From positions 1,568,001 to 1,632,000 of the forward strand of contig OZ241867.1 in NCBI GenBank assembly GCA_965203175.1: a DNA stretch of 64,000 nt, read 5' to 3'. A program made the translations under genes and the position numbers. Positions 10,317 through 19,366 of this stretch are shown here, one piece after another. This DNA comes from Candidatus Latescibacterota bacterium (lineage in GTDB: Bacteria > Latescibacterota > UBA2968 > UBA8231). Positions within the stretch are counted from its first letter, which is position 1. Every line of letters starts with the position of its first letter. Below the pieces are notes generated by a model. It was not told where the DNA came from. It searched no databases and worked only from the letters and a program-made list of their open reading frames with translations.

Positions 10317-11978
10317 ATGCAATTGACCGGCGGTGAAGCAGTCGTCCGCACTCTCGAAGCACAGGGCGTAGACACAGTTTTCGGGATGCCGGGCGTCCAC
10401 AATCTGGCCATATACGACGCCCTTCGGGATTCGGGTATCCGGCACATCGTCGCGCGGCACGAACAGGGCGCCGCCTTCATGGCCGATGGGTACGCCCGCG
10501 CCACCGGCAGCGTCGGCGTCTGCCTCTGCACTTCCGGTCCAGCCCTGCTCAACGCCGCCACGCCGCTGGGCACCGCCTACTGCGACTCCTCGCCGGTGTT
10601 GTGCATCGCCAGTCAAATACCGTCCTACGCCATTGGCAAGGAGAAGGGGTACATCCACGAGTGCCGAGATCAATTGGGCTGCGTGCGGCCAGTGACCGCC
10701 TGGAGTGAGCGAGCGAATGCAGTGGCGTCAATTCCCGCGGTGCTGAATGAGGCGTTTGCCCGCATGAGAAACGGCCGGCCCCGGCCGGTAGTGGTTGAGA
10801 TCCCGTGCGACGTACTCGACGGGAGGGACAACGCGAAATTCCCCCCCGTGGATGCCACCCAGCCGGCTGCGGCCGACGGGTCCGCAACTCAACAGGAACA
10901 GATCGAACGGGCCGTCCGACTGTTGCGCCAGGCCCGGCGGCCCATCATCTGGGCCGGCGGCGGGGTGACTATCAGCGGTGGCAGCGACCAAGTGAGGCAG
11001 TTGGCCGAACTCCTCGGCGCGCCGGTCTTGACCACGGTCCAGGGCAAGGGTTCGATTCCAGAGGACCACCCGCTGGCCTTGGGGAGCATACCCGTACACC
11101 CGGCCGTCGTCGACTACTTGGCCAGTTGCGACGTCATGCTGGCGGTGGGCACTCGATTCACCGAAGAGGATACGCTCGAGTTCAGCATACAGGTACCGCC
11201 GACGATGATTCACGTGGATATCGACCCGGAGGAGGTCGGTCGGAATTACGCACCAACGCTGGCGGTGGTCGGCGACGCCCGCCACGTGCTCGGGCAGATG
11301 CTGTTGCACCTAGCCGACGATTCGAGCCGGTCCAGCGACCGCGCCGAGGAGGTCGCCACCTTGCGGCAACGGATTCTACGAGACTGCCGAAATTTGGCAC
11401 CGACCGGCGTTGAGTTGGTGGAGACGCTGCGGCTGGCACTGCCGCGCCAAACCGTGGTCGTCAGCGACCTAGCGATCGGTGCCTACTGGTGCCGCCGCTT
11501 GTTAGACGTGTACGAACCCCGCTCCTTCATCTATCCGTGGGGTTTTTGCACCCTCGGATTCGGTCTCCCGGCGGGTATCGGTGCCAAAGTGGCACGACCG
11601 GATCGGCCAGTGGTCGTGCTCACCGGCGACGGCGGCTTCATGTTCAACTGCCAGGAGCTGGCAGTATCCGCTCAGTTCCAGCTTCCCGTGATTGTGGTGT
11701 TGTTCAACAACCGGGGTTTCGGGGTCATGAAACCGCAGCAACAGGTCCGATACGGACGCACCCTGGCCGTCGACTTGGTGAATCCCGATTTCGATCTGCT
11801 GGCTCAGGCCTTCGGGTTTGCAGCGCGGAGGGTCTCCGAGATCTCCGAATTGGGTCCGGCGGTGGCCGCCGCGGTGGAATCGGAAACTACATGCCTGATC
11901 GAGGTGACGGCCGACCTGCCCCTGCAGGTAATGGAGCCGGCTATGCGGCGCATACACCTGGCGCTTACAGCCAATTGA
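10317..11978 (+). CDS. Thiamine-diphosphate-dependent enzyme (acetolactate synthase-like)
   Basis: VFGMPG, RHEQGAAFMADGYAR, GDGGF...NN ThDP motif; GGAGG RBS. Confidence 0.92.
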   Translation: MQLTGGEAVVRTLEAQGVDTVFGMPGVHNLAIYDALRDSGIRHIVARHEQGAAFMADGYARATGSVGVCLCTSGPALLNAATPLGTAYCDSSPVLCIASQIPSYAIGKEKGYIHECRDQLGCVRPVTAWSERANAVASIPAVLNEAFARMRNGRPRPVVVEIPCDVLDGRDNAKFPPVDATQPAAADGSATQQEQIERAVRLLRQARRPIIWAGGGVTISGGSDQVRQLAELLGAPVLTTVQGKGSIPEDHPLALGSIPVHPAVVDYLASCDVMLAVGTRFTEEDTLEFSIQVPPTMIHVDIDPEEVGRNYAPTLAVVGDARHVLGQMLLHLADDSSRSSDRAEEVATLRQRILRDCRNLAPTGVELVETLRLALPRQTVVVSDLAIGAYWCRRLLDVYEPRSFIYPWGFCTLGFGLPAGIGAKVARPDRPVVVLTGDGGFMFNCQELAVSAQFQLPVIVVLFNNRGFGVMKPQQQVRYGRTLAVDLVNPDFDLLAQAFGFAARRVSEISELGPAVAAAVESETTCLIEVTADLPLQVMEPAMRRIHLALTAN

Positions 11979-12020
11979 TTCTGGCTAGATTCCGTCAGAT
12001 CAAGCGTTCGCAAGCTCGCC

Positions 12021-14306
12021 CTAACGGCTCCCGTCGGCACCGCGCAGCGCCTCGACGATCCATGCGAACTCTTCCTCCAGATGGGTGTCACTCCCCCCTC
12101 CCTCTTGGACGAACTGGATATAGCCGTCGCCATCGACGAACCAAGTCGTAGGGAAAACATTGACACCGGCCTCTTGCACGTACCCGTCGTCCACCAACAC
12201 GGTAAAATCGTATTCATTCTCCGCCATGAACCTGTCGAGCACGTCGCGCGCGTTGCCTATGGAGATGTCGTTACTGATGGAGATCACCTCCACTCCGGGA
12301 TCGTCGAGATAGCGCGCGTGGAACTTCTGATACTCAGGCAACTCTGCGACGCAGGGGACACACCAGGTCCCCCAGAAATGAAGAACGGCGATCTTGCCGT
12401 CGAGACCGGCGGAATCGACGAACTCTCCGTCGAGCTCGGGGAGGACGAACGGTCCGTAGGTGCGGGCCGTATCGAGCCGTGATTCTAGAATCCGTTGACG
12501 TCTTCGGGACCTGTCCCGCTCGTAAAACGCGGCGAGATACTCGTCGAATCCTTCGCGCGAGCCGTGCCGGCGCTCGTACAGGGCTCCTAGCGCTTCTGGG
12601 AAGGGATCTTCACCCCAGCTTCGGGCCTCAAGACCGGCGATGTAGGACTCCTCGGCCTTGTCGAGCCAGGTGCGGACTGCCTCGGCTGCATCCCGAGCCT
12701 CGGTCTCAGTCTGCAAAACGACTGTCTTCGAATCTCGCATTTGCAGAGTCGCCTCGACCTCGGTCGCCATTTGTTCGAACACTTGGCCCAAATGATGGAA
12801 CGCACTGGTGTTTTCCCCCCAGAGCTCCAGCGCCCGCTCAAGCTCGTTGCGTCCTTCCTCGACGCGACCTGCTTTGTAGCTAGCCCACCCGATGGCGTGG
12901 TGGAGGAGGCTCAAGTAGTAGTTCAGCTCCTCCTCCTCCCACTCTTCCTCTTCGGCTTTAGCGATCACGGCTTGTATGCCATCCCGAGCGAGCTCGGCCG
13001 CCTCCTCGGCGTAGGGTGTGTGTTCGGCCATCGAGAGAGGAGCGGAGTATGTTATATGCGGGTTGAGTCGCTCGTAGCGGACCAATCCGCGCACCGCATC
13101 GGCGAGTTCCTCAGCCGGAATCGGGTTCATGGCTTCAAGGGATGTGAAGAGCGTTAGGTACGGCCACCCGCGGAAGCTATCGTCGTAGAGGGGCTTCTCT
13201 AAGAACCGATAGGCTGCGTCGCAAATGAGGCGAAGCTGGTCTTGGTACTCCTGCGAGTCCGCGCCATGCTCGGGCTCGATGAGATTAAGCTCGGGCTGTA
13301 ATCGTTGGTACTCCCGTTGGAACTTCTCTCGGTGGATCCACGACGCATGGCGACTCGCGGGAGCCAGTGCCATCAACTTCGCCTCAAACTCCGCCGCCTT
13401 CTCTTCGTCCTCCAGTACGTTCCGATAGGTCGTGGTGAGTAGGGCTAGGCCGCGTACGGTCTCCGGGGCCGCCTTCCGGTACTCGGCGATGCTGGCCTCG
13501 ATAGTGGTGTGTCGCTCGTCGGTAAGGAGCAGATCCTCCCTGTTGAGGATGTTCCAGTGCCAATAGCGCACTTCGGCAGAGCCCGGTGAGAGGCGAATGG
13601 CCTCTTCGATCAGCGAGAGCGCCTCCTGCGGCTTGTCGGACCGGTAGAGCTGTTCCGCAGCCCGAAAGTAGCCGCTGACGTGATCGGGCCAACGCGCTCG
13701 CAGCGTGGCCAAGGTAGCGAGGCTCGTGTCCACATAGGTGGGATCCTCCAGTGCGTACTGTGCCCAGTACTCGAGTTCCGCGCGGGCATGGAGGACCTCG
13801 GGATGCTGGCGTGTCTCCGCATCCAGGGAGTCCAGAAACGCCATCCCCTCTTCTACTTTTCTGGGGCGAAGCGCCTGAAGGTGCGTCGCGGCGAACTCCG
13901 GCTGGGGCAGCAGCTCCCAAGCGCGCAAGCTAGACTCGGCTGCCTCGGAGTACTTCCGATCCGCCAGAAACGCGAGTGCTTGGACGTAGAGCCCCCACGG
14001 GTTATCCGGCTCCTGTTCCAAGATTGCGTCGGCTTGCTCTTGGATTTCTCTGAGCCCGTACAACTGTCCGTGCAACTGACGCGCGTAGAGCGCCCGCAAC
14101 TCAGCGTCTTCAGGCGCGCGGCTCATCCATTCCTGGCCGAATATGGCTCCTGCCTGGAACGTCCACAGCCGATTGTGTGCCCTCAACTTCGCTTTCGCCG
14201 CTTCCAGCTCTTGGGGCGAGTAGCGCTGCTCGGTTCCGCAGCTAGCACAAACGACGAGAACGGCTAGAGAACCAGAGATCAAACGGATTGGGAATTGATT
14301 TTTCAC
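12021..14306 (-). CDS. TPR-repeat lipoprotein with thioredoxin-like domain (copy 2, WCVPC)
   Basis: Paralogue of 5832-8096; GTG start overlaps the upstream stop (GTGA); FWGTWCVPC. Confidence 0.85.
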   Translation of the reverse strand: MKNQFPIRLISGSLAVLVVCASCGTEQRYSPQELEAAKAKLRAHNRLWTFQAGAIFGQEWMSRAPEDAELRALYARQLHGQLYGLREIQEQADAILEQEPDNPWGLYVQALAFLADRKYSEAAESSLRAWELLPQPEFAATHLQALRPRKVEEGMAFLDSLDAETRQHPEVLHARAELEYWAQYALEDPTYVDTSLATLATLRARWPDHVSGYFRAAEQLYRSDKPQEALSLIEEAIRLSPGSAEVRYWHWNILNREDLLLTDERHTTIEASIAEYRKAAPETVRGLALLTTTYRNVLEDEEKAAEFEAKLMALAPASRHASWIHREKFQREYQRLQPELNLIEPEHGADSQEYQDQLRLICDAAYRFLEKPLYDDSFRGWPYLTLFTSLEAMNPIPAEELADAVRGLVRYERLNPHITYSAPLSMAEHTPYAEEAAELARDGIQAVIAKAEEEEWEEEELNYYLSLLHHAIGWASYKAGRVEEGRNELERALELWGENTSAFHHLGQVFEQMATEVEATLQMRDSKTVVLQTETEARDAAEAVRTWLDKAEESYIAGLEARSWGEDPFPEALGALYERRHGSREGFDEYLAAFYERDRSRRRQRILESRLDTARTYGPFVLPELDGEFVDSAGLDGKIAVLHFWGTWCVPCVAELPEYQKFHARYLDDPGVEVISISNDISIGNARDVLDRFMAENEYDFTVLVDDGYVQEAGVNVFPTTWFVDGDGYIQFVQEGGGSDTHLEEEFAWIVEALRGADGSR

Positions 14307-15397
14307 GGTGCAGATCCCGTTTGCAAAAACGCATTTAAGGTATCCAAGTCCATGCCCTCAATGCCCAATTCGCGCACACTCCGCCCCGTGGCCCACCCAT
14401 CAGCCCCCATCACCACGGACCCAATATCCACCAACCCGCGCATCAAAGGCGCGTCCACGCCGTATTGCGCGCCCACATCGTGCCAAGTTGAAAGGCCGTA
14501 TGGAATATCCTCGCTGAGCCAACGGCTCTCCAGCGACCCAGGCGCTTTGAGTTGCGTGAGCATTCGGCTGCCATTAATCGTTGCCCACAAATCCCCCCTA
14601 GGGCCAAAACCCGCGCGGTAAAACGCTTCATCGGCTGCTATGAGATCGCAACCCAAAGCTGTTGCGATGGCCCTCCGCTCTGCATCCACGGCCATGATCG
14701 TCTTTGCCACCGATGGGGATACCCCTTCTTCGTAGAAATAGAACTCACCGTGCGAATATTCGATTCGTCCTGCGTTCATCAACACACCCGCAGGATGCAC
14801 GACCGGATTCATCGCGGACAAACCACAGGCCATCGCGGTGGGATAGGTCTGAATGCCCGGGAACAGCGGCGACAGACGAGCGCGCACGCGATCTGTTTCT
14901 GTTGCTGGCAACACCCCCAAGCCCAAGCCCGTCACGGTACCCCAAATCGTCGCGGTATCCGGCGCTGTTTTCCGACACACATAAGGCGCGGTATCCACCT
15001 CCGCCAGTGCGATGTCTCCTACTCCTTGGTCGCGCAATAGCGTCGCCCATTCCAATGTGCCCAATGTGCCCGGCATCAGCACGACCATGTGTTCGGGCCT
15101 GAGATGGGGGGCGCAGGCAATGGCAAATGGTTTGTGGGCATACGCCGGCACGATTAACAGAATCAAGTCAGACGCATTCAGAGCCGCTTCAATATCCGTG
15201 GTCATGCAGTGAATTTTTGCAGCCCCCACCTCTTCGACCCCCACCAAATGAATCACGCCTTGGTCGCGCACCGGATCGAGCTCGTGCCCAAATTCTGGCA
15301 ATTCGCAAAGCGTAATAGCAAAACCTTTCAGGGTCAGATTTGCAGCCGTGGCAAATGCCGTATTGCCGCCGCCGAGAATGGTAATGTGTTCAGACAT
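14303..15397 (-). CDS. NAD/NADP-dependent opine (octopine/nopaline) dehydrogenase family protein
   Basis: ATG at 15397; ILGGGN Rossmann motif; NPVVHP, FYFYEEG, RWLSEDIPYGL. Confidence 0.85.
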   Translation of the reverse strand: MSEHITILGGGNTAFATAANLTLKGFAITLCELPEFGHELDPVRDQGVIHLVGVEEVGAAKIHCMTTDIEAALNASDLILLIVPAYAHKPFAIACAPHLRPEHMVVLMPGTLGTLEWATLLRDQGVGDIALAEVDTAPYVCRKTAPDTATIWGTVTGLGLGVLPATETDRVRARLSPLFPGIQTYPTAMACGLSAMNPVVHPAGVLMNAGRIEYSHGEFYFYEEGVSPSVAKTIMAVDAERRAIATALGCDLIAADEAFYRAGFGPRGDLWATINGSRMLTQLKAPGSLESRWLSEDIPYGLSTWHDVGAQYGVDAPLMRGLVDIGSVVMGADGWATGRSVRELGIEGMDLDTLNAFLQTGSAP

Positions 15398-15423
15398 GGA
15401 AGTATCCTTTTTTAGTTCCTGAG

Positions 15424-16200
15424 TCAATCGACCAGACCCCAGAGACGCTGCCGCGCCTCGGGCCAGTCCGGCCAGTCGGGATGCAGGTGCTTCAGCGCCG
15501 CCAAGTCGCGCTTGCGGCCGCCCGGCGGGAAGTAGTTCCAGCCCATAGCGCGCCGCGGACCGGCGGCCGTCTTCACCCCGGTGGCGTGCCAGCAAGAGGG
15601 CGTCCACACCAAAGTCCACCGTGGGTCGAGGACGACCTCGACTTCGCTAGGATGGCGGGCGAAGCAGTGCGTCGGCACCTCGTCGTGGGTGCCGGTGGCC
15701 AGTTCGAGTTGTAACAATTCAGCCTCTACCTCCTCGCGAGAGCGGTGCTGGCTGCCGGGCAGCACCCGCAGCGGTGCGTTGCTAACGTCGTGGCGATCGA
15801 GGGCAGTGCGGAAGGATACCTGCTTCACTTCCGGCCCACCGTCCACGTGCCAGTGGACCTGCCGCTGCGGCCGGCCATCGGCACTGACAATCTTCGAGGC
15901 GTCGCCGATGCCGCAGGCACCTACGTGTACCTCTTCGGCGTCCAAAATCCGCTGCGCCGCTTCGACCAACTCGGGGTGCTCCACCATCTGCAGCAACGGC
16001 TCGCCGATCATCAGGAACTGGCAGGCCAGTCGATTGCAGCCCTCGGGGAACTCGGTGCGCTCCCACTCCGGCTCGACCTCCTGCTGCCGGAAGTCGATCT
16101 GGCGCATGCCCTCGACGCCGAGGGGGTTGGGGATCAGGAAGAACCCGTTGCGCTCGAAGTGGGCGAGCTGTTCGTCAGTGAGGTCGAAAGATCCGTCCAT
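15424..16200 (-). CDS. PhyH-family dioxygenase
   Basis: LTDEQLAHFERNGF, WHVD, VLPGSQ, WHA...R. Confidence 0.8.
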   Translation of the reverse strand: MDGSFDLTDEQLAHFERNGFFLIPNPLGVEGMRQIDFRQQEVEPEWERTEFPEGCNRLACQFLMIGEPLLQMVEHPELVEAAQRILDAEEVHVGACGIGDASKIVSADGRPQRQVHWHVDGGPEVKQVSFRTALDRHDVSNAPLRVLPGSQHRSREEVEAELLQLELATGTHDEVPTHCFARHPSEVEVVLDPRWTLVWTPSCWHATGVKTAAGPRRAMGWNYFPPGGRKRDLAALKHLHPDWPDWPEARQRLWGLVD

Positions 16201-16346
16201 CAGGTATTCCCTAAGACGCTCGCAAGGTCTAAATCGAAGAAGCAGCGCTGCATCATCGGCGGGCCTTTGCTAAGCGTATAGCGGGCATTAGATTGTGCCG
16301 GCGCAAGGTAGTGAATCCGCTCTTGCCTTTCAAGGAGGAAAACGCC

Positions 16347-17000
16347 ATGGGATTTGAAGTGTACGATTGTCGCCGGGATATCCGCAATATTCTGGTGCGG
16401 CCGCAGATCCGCGCCCGCTTCTGCCGCTTAGAGCCAGGCACCGGCTCGCTCGACGCTTGGCACACGCACGACTTGGGCGACGAGATCTTTATCATTCTAT
16501 CGGGTCGGGTGGAGTTCAAAATCAACGGCGAGGTGAAAGAAGTTGGGCCGGGGCAAATGTGCTACGCCCTAACCGACGAGCCGCACTCGGTGCGAGTCAT
16601 CGGCGACGAGCCAGTCTATATGTACCTCTCGGTGACGCCGCACATCCAGCCGACGCATACGTTTTACGACGAAAAGGGCGAGCGCCAGCCGCCCAACTTC
16701 AGGCCGTCGAGCGATTACAATACCGAGACAGATTCGACCACGCCAGTGGCCGAGTTAATCGACGGCCACATCGATGCCGTGCGTGCCCTAGCGGCCCAAG
16801 CACAGGAGAGCGCGCGCATCCAAGAGGAGCGGGGCCAGGAACTCAAGCAGGCCCTAATGGCCGGCGATATGGAAGCGGCCGACCGCGTGCGCGAGGCCAT
16901 GTGGGAACCGCTTTTGCAGCTCTTCAAGCAGACGAGCGCCGTGGCGGATGGCTGGAATGGATTGGCACCCCGGGCGGGGTCGGTCGATGCGGTATATTGA
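16347..17000 (+). CDS. Cupin-domain protein
   Basis: AGGAGG RBS before ATG 16347; WHTHDLGDEIFIILSG...PH cupin motifs; helical C-terminus. Confidence 0.8.
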   Translation: MGFEVYDCRRDIRNILVRPQIRARFCRLEPGTGSLDAWHTHDLGDEIFIILSGRVEFKINGEVKEVGPGQMCYALTDEPHSVRVIGDEPVYMYLSVTPHIQPTHTFYDEKGERQPPNFRPSSDYNTETDSTTPVAELIDGHIDAVRALAAQAQESARIQEERGQELKQALMAGDMEAADRVREAMWEPLLQLFKQTSAVADGWNGLAPRAGSVDAVY

Positions 17001-17054
17001 GTCGTCGCAAAACCACCGTCCTACCGCAGCGAAAACCGCTGTGTATCCGGCGGA

Positions 17055-17501
17055 CTACTCCACGCCCGTTTTCACGGTACCACAATAGAACTTGTAGTAT
17101 CTATGCTGCTGCAGTCCTAGCTCCTCGTAGAACGCGGCTGCTGGCGTCGCCTCATTGGCAATTAGGGACATGGATACTTTCGATTCCCCGATTTTGTCGA
17201 GCAGATGACGTACCAGTCTTCGTCCGTGGCCTGACCGCCTTTGATCAGGTTCGATAAAAAGCTCCTGCATGTAATAGTTGATTCGGTCTTGCCAGGGATA
17301 GCAGTATCCGAACATCGCTCCGATCACGTCATCTTTGTCGAGGGCGACGAGGCAATGCTCGGGATCGAACTTCCAGAATCGACTGAGGTAGTGATGGGCC
17401 TGGGTGACACTCCACGATTCCTCGTACGGCCATTCGGAGAAAACCTGCACGAATAGACACGCGCAATCTCGCAAGTCCTCTGATGTGATGGCCCGTATCA
17501 T
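17055..17501 (-). CDS. GNAT-family N-acetyltransferase
   Basis: LFIEPDQRRSGHGRRL acetyl-CoA motif; AAFYEELG. Confidence 0.85.
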   Translation of the reverse strand: MIRAITSEDLRDCACLFVQVFSEWPYEESWSVTQAHHYLSRFWKFDPEHCLVALDKDDVIGAMFGYCYPWQDRINYYMQELFIEPDQRRSGHGRRLVRHLLDKIGESKVSMSLIANEATPAAAFYEELGLQQHRYYKFYCGTVKTGVE

Positions 17502-17567
17502 TCTACGTACTCCTCATATTCCGCCTCAAAAATCATTGTCTGGTCTTTAATTCTTGGCTAGGCCGTA

Positions 17568-17870
17568 TTAGTCCTCCGTCTCAACGAGCGACCAACGCTT
17601 GCCCATGCGCTCAAGTTCAGGAAGATGCTCAGGCCAATCATGTAAAGTGGCTGGATCAAAATCAGCCCCATTCGGCCATACCAGAGTATGGACCTCAGGA
17701 TCAATCCGAACTTGATTGAATAAGGATACATCGCGCAGTGGACCGAATAATTCACCTTTCAATATGGCTTGGAAAGCGATAGTCTGTTCCGTCTCATCGT
17801 CAAAACAAACTCGAAGTGTATAGGGTGCTTGTATTTCAAAAGAGATCACTCGGTATATGGGATGACTCAT
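17568..17870 (-). CDS. DUF2442-domain protein (putative antitoxin)
   Basis: YTLRVCFDD...GELFGPLRD..LF.QV...TLVWPNGADFDP; ATG at 17870 with GGAG RBS. Confidence 0.8.
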   Translation of the reverse strand: MSHPIYRVISFEIQAPYTLRVCFDDETEQTIAFQAILKGELFGPLRDVSLFNQVRIDPEVHTLVWPNGADFDPATLHDWPEHLPELERMGKRWSLVETED

Positions 17871-17881
17871 GTTGATCTCCT

Positions 17882-18151
17882 TTATTGAAGAGGGTCGATT
17901 TTGAAAGGTGCTTGACCTGATTGTAACCGTTCCCAATCTGTCAGTAATTCTTCATGGTGTAACTCCATCCAAGCCTCAACTAGGCGCTGCTGTCGCCGGG
18001 AAAGTTGTCCCGCGATCAGTTCAATGGTATCAATGGCATATACACCAACATCCTCTTGGTAATAAGCGTGAAGGTGAGGTCGGTGATGAGGTGCATGAGG
18101 CTCGGCATACATTCGTATTATGATGCCGAAAAATCGGGAAATTTCAGGCAT
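17882..18151 (-). CDS. DUF4160-domain protein (putative toxin)
   Basis: MPEISRFFGIIIRMY..PH..PHLHA...W...H..EL..W...IDPL. Confidence 0.85.
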   Translation of the reverse strand: MPEISRFFGIIIRMYAEPHAPHHRPHLHAYYQEDVGVYAIDTIELIAGQLSRRQQRLVEAWMELHHEELLTDWERLQSGQAPFKIDPLQ

Positions 18152-18162
18152 TTGTCTCGGGA

Positions 18163-18654
18163 TCAGGTAACTTCGTTCAGCCTTCCGGTGGCGCAGTCAT
18201 AGACGAAGCCCCGCACGTCGTCCTTATTCGGGATGAACGGGCTGGCCTGAATGCGGGCGATCGACTGCCGTACGTCCTCCTCGAGATCGCCGAACGCCTC
18301 TAGGGCAAAGGCCGGGCGGATGCCGGTATCGGCCGCGATCGCGTCCTTCACGTCGTCGTCGCGGAATGTCAGCATGCCGCAGTCCGTGTGGTGGATGAGC
18401 ATGATCGAAGTCGTGCCTAACAACCGCTGCGAGATCGTCAGCGAACGAATCGCGTCGTCGGTTATCACGCCGCCCGCATTCCGAATCACGTGCGCGTCCC
18501 CTTCTGCGATCCCCAGCAGGCTGTGCGTGTCGATGCGCGCGTCCATGCAGGCCACCACCGCTAGGTTCAGCCTTGGAGGCAGGGGAAGGTCGCCCTTATC
18601 GAAGTTTTCGACATAGCGGGCGTTATTCTCGAGAAGTTCATTGATAATGGCCAT
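18163..18654 (-). CDS. Beta-class carbonic anhydrase (clade D; COS/CS2-hydrolase-like)
   Basis: CMDAR, RNAGG and HHTDCG Zn ligands; ATG at 18654. Confidence 0.88.
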   Translation of the reverse strand: MAIINELLENNARYVENFDKGDLPLPPRLNLAVVACMDARIDTHSLLGIAEGDAHVIRNAGGVITDDAIRSLTISQRLLGTTSIMLIHHTDCGMLTFRDDDVKDAIAADTGIRPAFALEAFGDLEEDVRQSIARIQASPFIPNKDDVRGFVYDCATGRLNEVT

Positions 18655-18822
18655 CAGAAATTTCCTTTCGCCGTCGGTTGCGTCTGCGTCAGTCCATGTC
18701 CAGCGGGACGATGCAGACCGTGATGATATTTGTATAAGTAAAATCAAGTCGATGAACGCCTGCAATGATCGGGCAAGCTACCTGATTAGCGTTTGCGATC
18801 CTTGTTATTAAGCGGCTCGAAA

Positions 18823-19359
18823 CTATTCAGACCAGAGTCGCTCGAATCTCAATCGCCCATCACCGGCTTCTTTGAGTGCGAATACGTCTGGATTCGATAG
18901 CGATTCCCATCCAGCGTAGCCGAAATTAGGGTCCAATGAGTTCAGGATCAGACTCAAGAGATTGCCATGGGTTACCGCAATTGGGAACCGGTGATCACCG
19001 TCGAGTGGCTCGGTGATGGCGGCCCAGCCGCGGTCTAACACTTCGCGTGCCGACTCGCCTCCCGGTACCCGCAATTCCAAGTCTCCAAATGAATCGCGGA
19101 CCACCTCGCGCCAGTTGTCAATCGGACTCCCCGAGAGCGTCCGTTCAATTAGGCGGAGATCCAAGTGGACGGGCAATCCCACTGTGGCAGCAAACGGTTC
19201 AATGCTTTGCTGTGCCCGCGCGTAGGAACTGGAGACAATTATATCGATCGGATAATCGGACAAGAACCTAGCGAGTGCTTCCGCCTGTTTTCGCCCAATC
19301 TCTGTCAGCGCCGCATCCGGGTCTTGCCCTGATGACTGACAATGTCTAATCAGCAACAT
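18823..19359 (-). CDS. Histidine phosphatase (phosphoglycerate mutase) family protein
   Basis: LIRHC (RHG variant), SSYARAQQS, GGES, VTHG. Confidence 0.85.
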   Translation of the reverse strand: MLLIRHCQSSGQDPDAALTEIGRKQAEALARFLSDYPIDIIVSSSYARAQQSIEPFAATVGLPVHLDLRLIERTLSGSPIDNWREVVRDSFGDLELRVPGGESAREVLDRGWAAITEPLDGDHRFPIAVTHGNLLSLILNSLDPNFGYAGWESLSNPDVFALKEAGDGRLRFERLWSE

Positions 19360-19366
19360 AGCTTGA

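Noticed and set aside
10317-11978. Assigning ilvB/ilvG
   Set aside because: No small subunit or ilv context; many catabolic ThDP enzymes share these motifs.
14303-15619. ORF-track starts extending several genes upstream (e.g. 15619, 8159, 5967, 4385, 23626, 21795)
   Set aside because: Most extensions overlap neighbouring genes, and downstream starts have an RBS, translational coupling or family-typical N-termini.
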